This document shows positions 48,875-60,645 of a DNA stretch of 64,000 nucleotides, piece after piece. Origin of the DNA: a virus; IMG/VR virus record IMGVR_UViG_3300045988_164919, positions 1 to 64,000 of that record, one strand, 5' to 3'. A program made the position numbers and the translations under genes. The notes beneath the pieces are model-generated. The model did no database searches. It saw only the letters and a list, made by a program, of their open reading frames with translations, and was not told the origin of the DNA. How positions within the stretch are numbered: position 1 is the stretch's first letter; every line of letters begins with the position of its first letter.

Positions 48875-50245
48875 TTATCCATTTAAATCATACCCCAATT
48901 CTATAGCTATGTTTTCTATTACTTTTGGTAATATTTTTTGATCTTTCGCACTTTTCAAAACTCCAGTTTCAAAATATAATTTAAATAAATAATTATATTT
49001 TTCTTGAAATAAATTACAAACTGATAAACAAGGGATAGAAAAATCACCATAAGTTTCTATCTAAGCTCCCAAACATCCTTTAATACAGACATCTCTACAC
49101 CAGCATTCTAAACATCTTGGAGCATAAACAGGGTTAAAAGATTTCATTCCTATATAAGCTGTGGCATTATCACTTATTAAATCAATTATCTCTGTTTTTT
49201 CATCATTTATTTTAAAATGTCCACCAATTAAATGATTATAACAAGTACGATGACAAGGAACGATAGCTAAATCTCCAACCCTTATATGAACAGTAGACTA
49301 CAATGCACAGCTTATTCGGTTATGTCTGTCTTCTTTATCTGATAAATTCATTAATCGTATAGGATCTCCATTGTGCTCATTAAATGTAGGAGTATTATTA
49401 GCCCCATCCCCTTTAAACATTGCATAAGCCATAGTATTAATATCATTATTGCAATCATTCAATCTATCTTCAAAGATATGTTTTAAGAATTTTTTATAAT
49501 TCTCTATAGATTCTTGAGTCCAATTATTATTTCGAACTTCTAACATATAAGGAGTTTTCTACCATGAATTGTATTCTTTTAATTTCTTTTTAAACCAATC
49601 ATAAGTTTTAATGGCTTTATCAACATTTTGGCTAGAAATCATAGGATGGAAGCCATCATTATTTTCTGTAGCAAATTCAAATAATTTATTAAAATATTCA
49701 TCATTTAAATCTTTATGTTCTCTAAATTCAGTGCTATACGGCCCATCAGTAGAAAATGAAAAATGAATTTCTACATTTATATCTTTCATCTTTTGGATAT
49801 ATTTTTTTATTTTTATTACTTTTTCATTATCAGAAATAAAACTACCATTAGTAGGTATTACTAGTTTACCTTTTTCTTTTATTCTATAAGCAAATTCATA
49901 CCATTTTTTTAAATATGGGAAAAATACATCTAGTATTTCAAAAATTAATCCATCATAAAATAGGTCTCCGGCAAATAATGACCACTCTAAAGGTTTTATT
50001 TGTTTTTTATCAAAATAATCTAATAATAATTTTAAATTATCTAATATCTAAGAATTAGAAAAATGTTCTGGATATAATTCTTTGCCATAATTAGTTATAT
50101 AACAATAATCACATTTTTGATTACAGTCTTGTCTTATAATTAATTCTAATATTTCATTTTCCATCTTTTTTAATTCATGATTAAAAATAAAATTCTAAAA
50201 TAGAATATTTTCTTCCTATTGGAAATCAATAGACGTTGTTATCAT
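48875..50245 (-). CDS. radical SAM/SPASM enzyme number 2 (peptide-maturase/anSME-like); about 6 TAGs
   Basis: RQDCNQKCDYCY (CxxxCxxC); hand-translated C-terminal SPASM ...PCHRTCYNH...RCLECWCRDVCIKGCLGA; strong RBS GGAGGA before ATG 50243-50245. Confidence 0.6.
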
Positions 50246-51678
50246 TATTTTTCCTCCAAAACTTCTTCAATAATTCCATTACAATATCTTCTTAAAAATC
50301 CACTATCTCTAAAGAAATAAGAACCAGTACTGATTAAACTATTAAAAAAACAAGAATGTATAGGTACTAATAATAATGCTGCTTTCATTAAAAATTTATC
50401 GTCATTAAATTTTTGACTTATCTAATGCACTTCTCGTAAATTACATAATAAAGAAACAATCTAATTATATACATAAAAAAAACTAGATACAGATAAAGTT
50501 TCAAATAAAAAACAACAATTTTTTATATCTTCATCTTTATCTTTCAATGGATTTATATAATTATGATGATTTGCGGCAAATTGCTTAATAATCCCAATTT
50601 TATCATTAGTATTAATATATTCTGGATTAGTATCATAAAGAGAACTCTAACAATTTACTAATGTTCCATCATATAAAAGTTTTAAGCTTCCTGTTTTTTC
50701 TCCGCAATATAAGAATGGAGTTAAGTTTCTATTATAATTCTTTAATTCTTTATTAGAGAATGCTAAAATTTTATCAAGAGCTTCATCTAAATTAGAACAT
50801 TCCAAATTTTTTAATAAAAATTTTTTTGCTTTTCGAGGTAAACACAATAATCCTTCAATAGAGTCTTTATCTGGATTATTAATTTCTGGATAATGTTCTC
50901 CAATTGATTTACAAATTTTTATAAAATTACTCCAATTAATACCATCAATACTAGAAGTATTAATAGGTAATTCGCTAGAGAAATTTATAGTATTTTTGAT
51001 AAAAACAGATTTATTTAGATTTAAATTAGTTAAATATTGAATTTTTTCATTAGCCTAAATAAAATACTATTCTATTTCTTTGTAATTATTATTAAAATGA
51101 TTTATGAGTTCATTACTAATAACTCCATGAGTATTAAGAGCAATAGTAATATTATTAAAATGAATTGTATTTAAAGTTTCTATTAAATATTTTAAATTAT
51201 TATATACTACTTTAGAATTAGCTCTTCTTACATTATCAGTACTATAATCTCCATCATAAGAAAACTAAATACAAATAAATGAATGTTTTTTAGTTAAATT
51301 ATCAAAAGTTTTTAAAAAATCAATTATTTTATCAGTATTAGCCATACCATTAGTAGAAGTAAAAAATTCATTAATATTGGGACATAATTCAAAAAAATCT
51401 TTTAAATTTTTAGTAAAATGTTCTAATACTAATGTAGGTTCTTGACCCCAAAAACTTATTTTATGGATATTTAATGGATCAACTTCTAATTTTTTCATAA
51501 CATTTTTAATATTCTATAAATAACTTCCATCTTTAAGAGCCTTTATAGTCTATTCTTGTAACTATTTACTATATTCATTTACAGCCTAAGCTGAATGACA
51601 ATATTTACAATTTAAATTACATCCACAAGCTCCAATAATAGATAATTCTTCTATTGAAAAATCCGATATATATTTCAT
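50239..51678 (-). CDS. radical SAM/SPASM enzyme number 3; many TAGs
   Basis: MKYISDFSIEELSIIGACGCNLNCKYCH (CxxxCxxC), WGQEPTL, downstream Cys clusters; RBS AAAGGAGAAAAAGGA. Confidence 0.5.
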
Positions 51679-51698
51679 TCCTTTTTCTCCTTTAAATG

Positions 51699-52214
51699 TT
51701 AAGTGTGCCTAGAACCGTAATGACTAGAGCATCCATGAGATGAACACCAGGTTTGATTAACCCCTGACCAATAGGAAGAATGATAACCTGAACCATCATG
51801 AGAAGAATTATAAGAAGTATCCCATCCTGCTCCATAATCAGAACTATCCCAACTACTATTATATCCACTACCTCTATGGCTAGCATTATAACTCGCATCA
51901 TGAGCGCAAGTATCATTTATGCTTCTAATTGTAGTAGTAAATCTATTAAAAATAATAGGACTAATTAAATCTCCTGCCGAAGGAGGATTTTCACTAATAT
52001 TTGCTCTTGAACCAACATAACTGCTACTGGAAAAAGATTCTATATACTTATTTAAATTCTGAGCTAATTGAGCCATAGCTTGTGTTGACTATCCTCCAGG
52101 AGTCGCTTGAAAATCACTCTAACTAGGGAAAAATTTTTTTCTTGCGGTATTTAAATTAGTAAAAATAGTCTAAATATCACTCCAATTTATTTTAGAGTTT
52201 GAACTAATTGCCAT
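51699..52214 (-). CDS. precursor-like peptide/protein with a Ser/Gly/Tyr/His/Trp-rich repetitive C-terminus, immediately upstream of radical SAM number 3 (3 TAGs in the N-terminal leader)
   Basis: ...CAHDASYNASHRGSGYNSSWDSSDYGAGWDTSYNSSHDGSGYHSSYWSGVNQTWCSSHGCSSHYGSRHT; good RBS GAGGAGGAAAAAT before ATG 52212-52214; alternative internal start at 52076. Confidence 0.4.
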
Positions 52215-54195
52215 ATTTTTCCTCCTCGCATTTTATAAAATCAATATACTCTTTGTTAATAAATTGTTTAATTAGTTTATTATTATCAAGTATATGATTT
52301 CCTTTATTAAATAGACTATTTAAATTAAATAATACAGTATTATTTAATTTAATAAAATCTTCTTTTTTTATTTTATTTAATAAATCTTTATAAAACAATG
52401 ATAACTTATTAAACAAAATTTTATCATTAATTAAAATTAAACAAATAAGACTTAAACAAATTGCTTCTTCTTGTTTTATATCTTTTAGATATTCTTTGTC
52501 TTTATCAGTTACTTCTTCTATTATAGATAAATTTACAATAATTTTATTAAAAATATGTTCGAAAATAAAATGATTATTTTCATATTTTTTATTTGTTAAA
52601 TATTGTCTATAAAAATAAGTAAAAACAATTAATTCATTTATTGTCATATATAAAAAATTAATATCTTTGCCCATACTTTCATTATTTCTATTATATACGT
52701 AAATAGGCTATTCTAAGAAGGGAATTGCACCATTATAAAAATCAAAAATCTATAATGATAAAAATCTATCTTCATTATAAATAAATTTGCCATAAGAAAA
52801 ATTATTTTTTATAAAAAATTCTCTATTATATAAATAACTATGAGCGTCATGGATAAATTCATTTTTATCATAGGTCTATCCATTTACAATTCCATAATTA
52901 TTATTTTCAGCATATATATATAAATTTTCTAAAGCCTTATTATCATAAAAATAATCATCACTATCTAAACAGAAAAAATACTTATTGAAGCTATTATTAA
53001 TTCCTAAAGTCCTAGCTGACGCAGGGCCTGATTTAGTTTTCTAAGTATCTAATAATATTATATTGTATATATTATTATAAGTTTTATAAAATTCATATAC
53101 ATATTTTTTATCTGGAGAATTATCACTAATTAAATAGATTACACAATCATTAATAATACTTTGTTTAAAGACAGAATCTAAACATTTCTAAAAATATATT
53201 TTATTTATTGTATAAAAAGGAATTATAATATCAATTTTTCCTTCGTTGCGCTTTCTAAATGTCCTCATTTTATCAGGAGCATACCAAGAATCAACGTTAT
53301 TCCAAGATTTCTTTTTTGAAAAATCCTAAAAATTAGAAAAATCAACAAATTTTTTATAATATTCATTATAATTTGTTAAGAATAATTCTTTTTCTGTTTT
53401 AGTATATTCATCATAAGTTTTAGTCGATTGATCCCAATCAACCACATCTCCTGGCCGACAATATTTACATATATTTTTTTCACATAATTTTAAATTCTAT
53501 AAATCTTGTAAATTTGTTTTTTCTGTTAGTTTTATAAAATCTTTATTTTCTATTAATGGAATTTGTTTAAAAAAATAATTACAAAAATTATTTATGTGTG
53601 CCCCAAACTGACAAAAATATATTTTAAAATCTTTTAATGTAAAGCAAGGAATCCTATTTGGACAACTATATATACGAGTTTTATTATCTTGTTTACCTAA
53701 AGGGTCAACCAATGTCTAATCAAAGAAAAATCTATCATTTAAATATGAGATATTTTTATTATTGCTAAAATCTTTGTAGTCTTGATTAGGATATTTAGAA
53801 ATACTTATATGTATATTTAATTCTTCTAATTTTTTTAATTTTTTTGTATCATAATTATTTAAAATTATACCATTAGTTAATATCTTTATTTCTATCTCTG
53901 GGAGAATATTTCTAGCTATCTAACATAATTCTATTAAATTAGGATGTAAAAATGGTTCTCCCCCTAATAGCATTAAAACTTTAATAGAAGGCAAAGTTTT
54001 TTTTACTAATTTTAGCTAATTTTGAAAATCTTCGTAAGTAATAAAAAATGGAGAAGCCAAAGGAGAAAAATGATTACAATTATTGCATTGTAGGTTGCAA
54101 TGGTCTACTAAATGAATTTCTAATTCAAATCCATCAAAAACTGTAGGCCAAAATGCTCTAGTAGGTCCATCTCTATACTAATTTATTTTATTCAC
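52192..54195 (-). CDS. radical SAM (number 4) fused or translationally coupled to a family-2 glycosyltransferase; start uncertain, about 8 TAGs
   Basis: VDHCNLQCNNCNHF (CxxxCxxC) and LLGGEPFL, then Cys clusters CPNRIPC...CQFGAHINNFC...CEKNICKYC, then GT2 motifs KIDIIIPFYT...CLDSDD. I hand-verified a continuous frame across 53212-53497 containing only a TAG; it then continues into ORF 52204..52674. Confidence 0.35.
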
Positions 54196-54269
54196 CTTCT
54201 TTTTTTATTATTATATAAAAAAAATGCTTGAAAAGCAAATTTTAAGAACAAGCTTTTCAAGCATTGTTG

Positions 54270-54593
54270 TTAAACAAAATGAATAATTAAATTATTAATT
54301 TGGACTCCATTATCATTCATAATAAAAATTTCATCTACTTTATTATAATTATTATATTCCCAAATTAGTTCTTCATTATCATTATAAACTTTTATATTTT
54401 CAATTTTATCTAATTCCATAAGCCATCCTAACATTTGTTTTATATTATAATTAGATGGCACATTTCCTCTAGCTGCTTCTAATAAAAACATTGTTTTTGG
54501 CTAATCATCAGAAGCAGGATGATAAGCTCGTTCTGTAACAAAACTTAAATTATCAATAGGTTTATCAACTAAATTATTAATTATAATTTTCAT
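54270..54593 (-). CDS. hypothetical protein (one TAG)
   Basis: ATG at 54591-54593 is in frame with ORF 54270..54491. Confidence 0.3.
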
Positions 54594-54617
54594 TTTTCTT
54601 TCTCCTTTTATTTTTTA

Positions 54618-55052
54618 TTAGCCCCAAGCAACTGGAATAGGTTTCCATGAATCACTTGATGATGTACGATATTTCAATACTCCATTACTAGAAATATCTA
54701 CCCAAATAAGAGCAGATGAAGAAGAAGGAGCAGTAGTCCCAATATAAATCTAATTGTTTGACGTAAAACCAACAGTAGGAGTTATAGTTGGATTGCTATT
54801 ATCCACATAATTTTTAGTAGCTATATCATTACCAGATATTGGGACATAGTTATTCGCCATCTAAATTTTACCATTGGCGCTCATTACATTTACTTCATCT
54901 TTATAAAGACGCTATTCAAAATCATCGTCTATAATTACTAATGATTGTTCTTCATTTAACTAATTATCCTCTTTTAATTGTCTATATAAAGCTCTAGTAG
55001 GGATTTGATTGATAGAAAGAGTATTTAAATTTGTACTAGTTTTTGAAGCCAT
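54618..55052 (-). CDS. small fiber-associated protein with conserved C-terminal module (about 5 TAGs)
   Basis: C-terminal ...ALIWVDISSNGVLKYRTSSSDSWKPIPVAWG; RBS GGAGGTATACAAATG. Confidence 0.4.
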
Positions 55053-55177
55053 TTGTATACCTCCTTCTTACTTTTTCTTTCTTATATAAATAAAAAATAG
55101 GACATAATAATTTAATTATTATGTCCTATTCAAGAAAGGGGGTGAGTTAAATGCTGTAAATAAAAAATTTATTTCTT

Positions 55178-55215
55178 ATTTACATTTATATTATATAAAA
55201 TAATTTTTTAAAAAT
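55178..55215 (-). promoter_or_regulatory. copy of recurrent promoter motif
   Basis: tatattatataaaataattttttaaaaatcaaattttat. Confidence 0.4.
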
Positions 55216-55230
55216 CAAATTTTATAATGT

Positions 55231-58038
55231 CTAACTCCATGTGTCTGCGGCAGTTTTTGCCCATACGCCTTTTATCGGTTTCCAAATATTAGCATCAGTT
55301 TTTACAAACACTTGTGCTAATTCTTTCCAAGGACTGACCTCCTTAGTTATACTATATGGAGTAACAGGCAATGTAAAATCTTTAGTCCATTTACATCCTT
55401 TAGTTATTTTTAATTCAGCGATATATCCTTTATAATAATATCCTGATGAATGATTATCGCTAGCACTTCCCGCTAATGTACCTAATGTTAGTCCCACATA
55501 GCTAGTATTAGTATTTGTTAGAGTACCTTTTAATTTTCCATCAAGGAAACAATAAGTTGTTGTTCCTGACAAGCACATTGCTATATGAGTCCATGTATTA
55601 AGTGCAGTTGTACCTGCATTAAGACCAGGCCCGCTATTAGAAGGAGTCGCTGCAACAAAGGTTTGGCTAGATAATCTATGCATATACATTCCGTGGCCTT
55701 TACTTGATATTAAAGTAAAGGGTGTAGGATAGCTACTATTATTATTAGAAGTCTAATAGAACCATCCTTCAAGCGTTATATCTCCTGTATATGTAGATGG
55801 AAAAGGCATATACATATATGAAGAACTACCATCAAACTTTAATGAATTTTTACCAAAATGAGTTTGTTCATTAGATAATGTAACATTATTATTTGTAATC
55901 GTTAATGTTAAATTACCTTGACTTTTTAAACTATCACCATTAAAATAAACAAGACTAGAAGGATCATTCATTAAATTACTTGTAAATACTCCACTTGCTA
56001 AATTAGTTTTAAATACAGATGTTTTTAAATCATATAAGCCTAATACTTTATCTGAAACTCGCTATACTGGAATAAAATCATGAGCAAGAGTAGAACCATT
56101 ATATATTTTAAACCTATATACTTTCATACTGGCTAAATTACCATAAGCTGCTCCTGCTTTATTAATACAACCAATATACATGGATAAACCAGTAGTAATA
56201 GTACCAGCTACAGTAATAGTAGAACCGTCAGGCTTAGTATATACTTTATTCTATAATTTAATATTAATTTTTGATGTATTTTTAATACCAGAATTATATA
56301 CAGTAGAGCCATATTTAAATTCGGTGCCGCTATTGCTATCAATAGCTATTGTATCAATACGGAAGAAATTCTACGTCTCACCCGTGCCGCCAGAGGAATC
56401 ATTGCCACGCACGCCAAATAAATTATAATATGGACTACCTGATTGACCATTCAATACTTCAAATGTAATATCAAAACCAGTGTTACTATCAACAATAGCT
56501 CCTGTATCAATATATTGAGTACCTGTAAATTGTAAATATTCAATAGGACTATAAGTAGAAGGAAGAGTCTAAGGAATTTTTACTAAAGTATTTTCAGGAC
56601 TGGCTTTTATAACAGTGATACGTATATAACCATTACCTGCATGTCCTGTTTCCCTTGTACCTGTTGGAGAAGTAAATGCAGCATTACCTGCTAATGTAGT
56701 AGCATTAGTTAAATAATAAGATGAATCCAATAAACAGCCAGAAGGATAATAAGAGGCTGAGCTAGAAGTGTACATGTAGCCGGAGCCACCACCTCCAATG
56801 CCTACAGCGCCGCCGCCGCCATACCAGCCGCCACCACCTCCTGAACCATGCCAAGAGTTTGAACCACCATTACAATTTCCACCTTGTCCGAAGTTTCCTG
56901 CAGTAGCGTAATTAGAGTTAGTAGAACTTACTGCCCCGCCCTTAGTTTGGCTGCCGCCGCCGCCATACCAGCTGCCACTATTAGATGAATCTTGATTATT
57001 ATATGTTTTGCCTGATATTCCTCCACCAGCAAAACCAGTAGAGCTAACATAGCCGCTAGAACCACTGCCACCACCAGCGACTAGAACTCTAGCATATAAA
57101 GAATCGGAAGCAACACGAATATCTGTGCCGCCGCCACCACTTCCTCGACTATTAAGCGAAGCGGCAGAACCACCTCCATTAAATCCTCCAGCAGTAGTTG
57201 CTCCATTTGAATTATAAGTAGTTCCACCAAGGCCCTATCCACCGGCATATAAATATAAATTAGTCTTTCTATTTAAAGTTATAATTCCTTTACTATAGCC
57301 GCCTTTGCCCCCGGGGTATGAAGCATTTCCATTACCATTGCCACCCTATGCGCCCCAGCATTCTAGCTGATACTATCCTTTTGGAAGAGTAATTGATTTA
57401 GCAGAACCGCTATAAGGACAATTTAATATATCGCCAGTCTATATTTTTGTAGGAGTTGTAACAGTTAAATCATATTTATTAGGAGCTTCATATTGAATAG
57501 TTGTATTGCCAGCAAAATATTTAATATTAGTATCACACCATTCCTGTGTAGGTTCATTACCTGCTCCGAATGCAGCGGTTAAGTCAATAAGCATTACATC
57601 ATCAATATAAGCTATTGTATTTGAAGCCATCTCTTCAAAATCAAATCTGAATTGAGCTGTCTAATTATCATTCCAATTAGAACGCACATTACGCCAGCTT
57701 AATCGCTACCATTGGTTTAATTTAGTTTTATCTACTTTAGCAATACCTACTAATGGTTCTGCTATTGGCCAATAGCATTGCATTTTAGAACACACATTAG
57801 AAGTTTCATAAAAATAAACACTTATATAATATATATGATTTTTTCTAATAGCATATGTATCAAAAGTCACAATTGATGACTCAGAACTTGAAGTAGATGT
57901 AACTTTTAAGCTATAAGAGCCGGAATGTTTAGGAGAGGTGGCGTAACTAACTGAGCAAGCTGAATTAGCAGTCCAACCTGTCTTTTCAAAACTTGGATTA
58001 GTTAATAAATTAGTTAAAGTAATCGTTTGTTTTGCCAA
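55231..58038 (-). CDS. giant fiber protein with N-terminal CBM-like jelly roll, Gly-rich central region and two C-terminal ConA/LamG-like domains (about 10 TAGs)
   Basis: ORFs 57706..58038, 57439..57630, 56569..56775, 55753..55971 and 55231..55689 all share one frame; Gly-rich GGKGGYSKG...GGGSGSSGYVSSTGFAGGG...GGGGWYGGGG; NPSFEKTGW CBM-like start. Confidence 0.5.
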
Positions 58039-58051
58039 TTAAATCAACTCC

Positions 58052-58492
58052 TTAATCTGCATCATATTGTATCCAAATATCGCCTATACTGCCATCTGAT
58101 GCTGTTGGTTCTGCAGTAGATATTAATATTGGGCGTAAATATTTTACTGATGCAGTAATTGGAGTAGTGCCATTCCAAGTCATTGGTGTAGTTATTCCTG
58201 TTGGCTATTCGACTGTTACTGACGGAGACCAAGTATTAGTAGAAGTTAAGGTTAGATATTTAGTACTCGTAGTAGAATAACCTCTATTACGGAAATCTCT
58301 ATAATAAAATTTTATAGTGTTACTACCAGTAGGGATTTCAGTTAGCATATAAATATCTGAATTAAATACTACAATAATATCTTTACCGCTATCCCAAGCA
58401 TCTTTAATTTCTTTATAAGTAGTAATATCTTTAGTTGCGATAAATACACCGCCTGCATTTTCAATCTATTCTATAAGTTTAGGTTTAGACAT
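58052..58492 (-). CDS. hypothetical structural protein (3 TAGs)
   Basis: ATG at 58490-58492 to TAA at 58052-58054, in frame. Confidence 0.3.
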
Positions 58493-58505
58493 TTAAAAAC
58501 CTCCT

Positions 58506-59492
58506 TTAATTATTAAATTTAGGAATTGCTATATAATAATAAGTATAACCGTTATTATTGAATATACTAGTATAATAACTACTAGCAGCAGTAATAATAA
58601 CTGATTTTGAATTCCAAGTAAAACTAACATAAGTGCCATTATTGTTAGGAAATGGGTATTTCATTCCTTGTATGCCACACATATAATTTTGAGCAGTACC
58701 AGTGTTAGTTTGCACCATAAATAGCATCAAATAAGCAGGTTCAAAATTAAAATTAAGAGTTTTTGTTAAAGCATTATTTCCTATATAACTTCCAACATAA
58801 GCTCCTTTGATACTTATATCGCCAGTCATTCCATTTACTGATCTAACCAAATGAGATGTAAGATATCCAACATCATTAGTTAATTGACTTACTTTAGAAA
58901 TTTTGTTATTCTATATCTACTAATCAACATATTTTTTATCAGTTAAGTCTCCAGTATTAGATGGTGTATAAGTACTATTCATAGTTATTTTGCCTGTTGT
59001 CATAATATTATTTTTTGAGGTTAAAAGCATTTCATTCATATCTTTTGGCAATTCACTTATTTTATTATCAATAGCCTAAATAGTATCATTTTTTATAGTC
59101 TATAAGTCATTTATCACATCTAATAAATAGTCTTCTGGTTCTATTCCTCGAATATTAAGAACAATAATACTATCATTAGCTGATGCCGCAAAATCTAATA
59201 ACTTAATTTTATTATCTTGAATTGTATAGTTTATATTTTTAGTCATTAATATACCATTAAAAAATATATTTAAATCTTCAGGATTTTCAACAGTAAAAGG
59301 AAAAGTAAATGTTGTATCTCCTTCTTGTGCAATGAAAGAATATTTATAAGGAAGGTCATCTTCTTTATTTACAATGTATATTTCATCATTGTTTACTTTT
59401 CCTTGTTTCACCATTTGATTATAAATTTTCCTAGATGGAACTTTATTTATAACTAAAGAATCTAATAATTTTTCATTGTTTTTTATTTCCAT
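58506..59492 (-). CDS. tail fiber protein with GDxxxKKYVD fiber repeat (ORFs 59100..59492 and 58506..58850 joined; about 6 TAGs)
   Basis: Hand-verified read-through ...INDL*TIKNDTI*AIDNKISELPKDMNEMLLTSKNN...; repeat TMNSTYTPSNTGDLTDKKYVD. Confidence 0.45.
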
Positions 59493-59507
59493 CTATTATT
59501 CTCCTTA

Positions 59508-60500
59508 TTAACTCCAAGCAACAGGTACGATAGTCCAAGTTCCAGTTTTAGATGTACGATATTTAAAAGTACCAGATGAAGATGTGTCAATCCATAATAA
59601 AGGTGCTGTGCCTGACGCGGGAGTGGATGAGCCAATATAGATTGGAAAAGTAGTAGCTGTACCAACTATTGAAGGTTTACTATCATCTACATATTTTTTT
59701 GTAGCAACATCTCCGTTTGCTGAAGGAGTATAAGTACTATACATAGTAATCTTACTATCAGCAGCCATTGTGTTTGTTTTATTTAAAAACATAATATTGG
59801 AAGTATCCGATGGTAATGTGGCAACTAAATCATTAATTTCTTTAAGAGTCTTTTCTTTCACAGTATTTATTTCATTAATTGATGAAGTTTTTATAGCTTG
59901 TATTTGTTTAATTGCATCTTCTGCTTCTTTACCAAAATCAATTGCTGCAGCACCTTCTATACCCATTACAGTAAGATAATCACTAGCTTCAGCAGTAAAA
60001 CCGGCAAGAGTAATGTTTTTACCAGATACTGTATAGTTATCTATCTCCCTCATCATTATACCATTATAATAAACGGTAAGTGCGCTACTGTCTTCAAAAT
60101 CAAATGGAATAGTAAATGTAGACTAACCTGCTGTTGCAGTAAATGTAAATCTATTTACTATATGGTCATTAGCGGCAACCTAGTCATCTACATATTTTTT
60201 ATTTGCGGCTTCTGTATCGGCTGTTGGAGTTTTTAAATTAGTAATTGTTTTATTATTAATATTAATATTACCAGTCATAGTACCGCCAGCAAGAGGTAAA
60301 TATTTTCCATTTATAGTATCTAAGTCATTAATAAAAACCAGATTTCCTACTTTAGTAGCTCCATCACCTATTTTTATTTTCTTTAAATCATCATATATAA
60401 TAATTTCGCCTTTTAAGGGGACAAAATTAGTTGCTTTATCCCAATTAGCTTTTGTATCATGCTTCTAAATCATACGGCCTTGGAATGTATTATTTGCCAT
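59508..60500 (-). CDS. tail fiber protein (N-terminal GEIIIYDD...IGDGATK motif, fiber repeat, conserved C-terminal module; 4 TAGs)
   Basis: Hand-verified continuous frame from ATG 60498-60500; ...ATKKYVDD...APLLWIDTSSSGTFKYRTSKTGTWTIVPVAWS. Confidence 0.5.
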
Positions 60501-60527
60501 TATATTTCCTCCTTAAACAAAAATATA

Positions 60528-60570
60528 GGGAAATAAATATCTTGAAAATAGTTCAAGATATTTATTTCCC
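60528..60570. terminator. perfect 19-bp-stem hairpin (bidirectional terminator)
   Basis: gggaaataaatatcttgaa-aatag-ttcaagatatttatttccc, U-rich on both sides. Confidence 0.6.
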
Positions 60571-60645
60571 TATATTAAATATCTTTCTCAATCATCTATT
60601 TTCAAAAGAGTAAAGATTATAATAAATAAGTTATCAATTTCAAAC

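Noticed and set aside
51692-51916. ORF 51692..51916 (MILALMMRV...) and 59483..59665, 61969..62172, 22949..23176, 17258..17464
   Set aside because: These are out-of-frame overlaps within stronger genes (the precursor-like ORF and radical SAM number 3, fiber genes, flotillin, endolysin), with hydrophobic low-complexity translations. They were not called.
6421-55215. Recurrent ATATTATATAATAT palindrome as transposon or MITE inverted repeats
   Set aside because: Copies are single (not paired), always intergenic and always a fixed distance upstream of minus-strand starts, with a -35-like TTGAAT element. The behaviour is that of a promoter, not of mobile-element termini.
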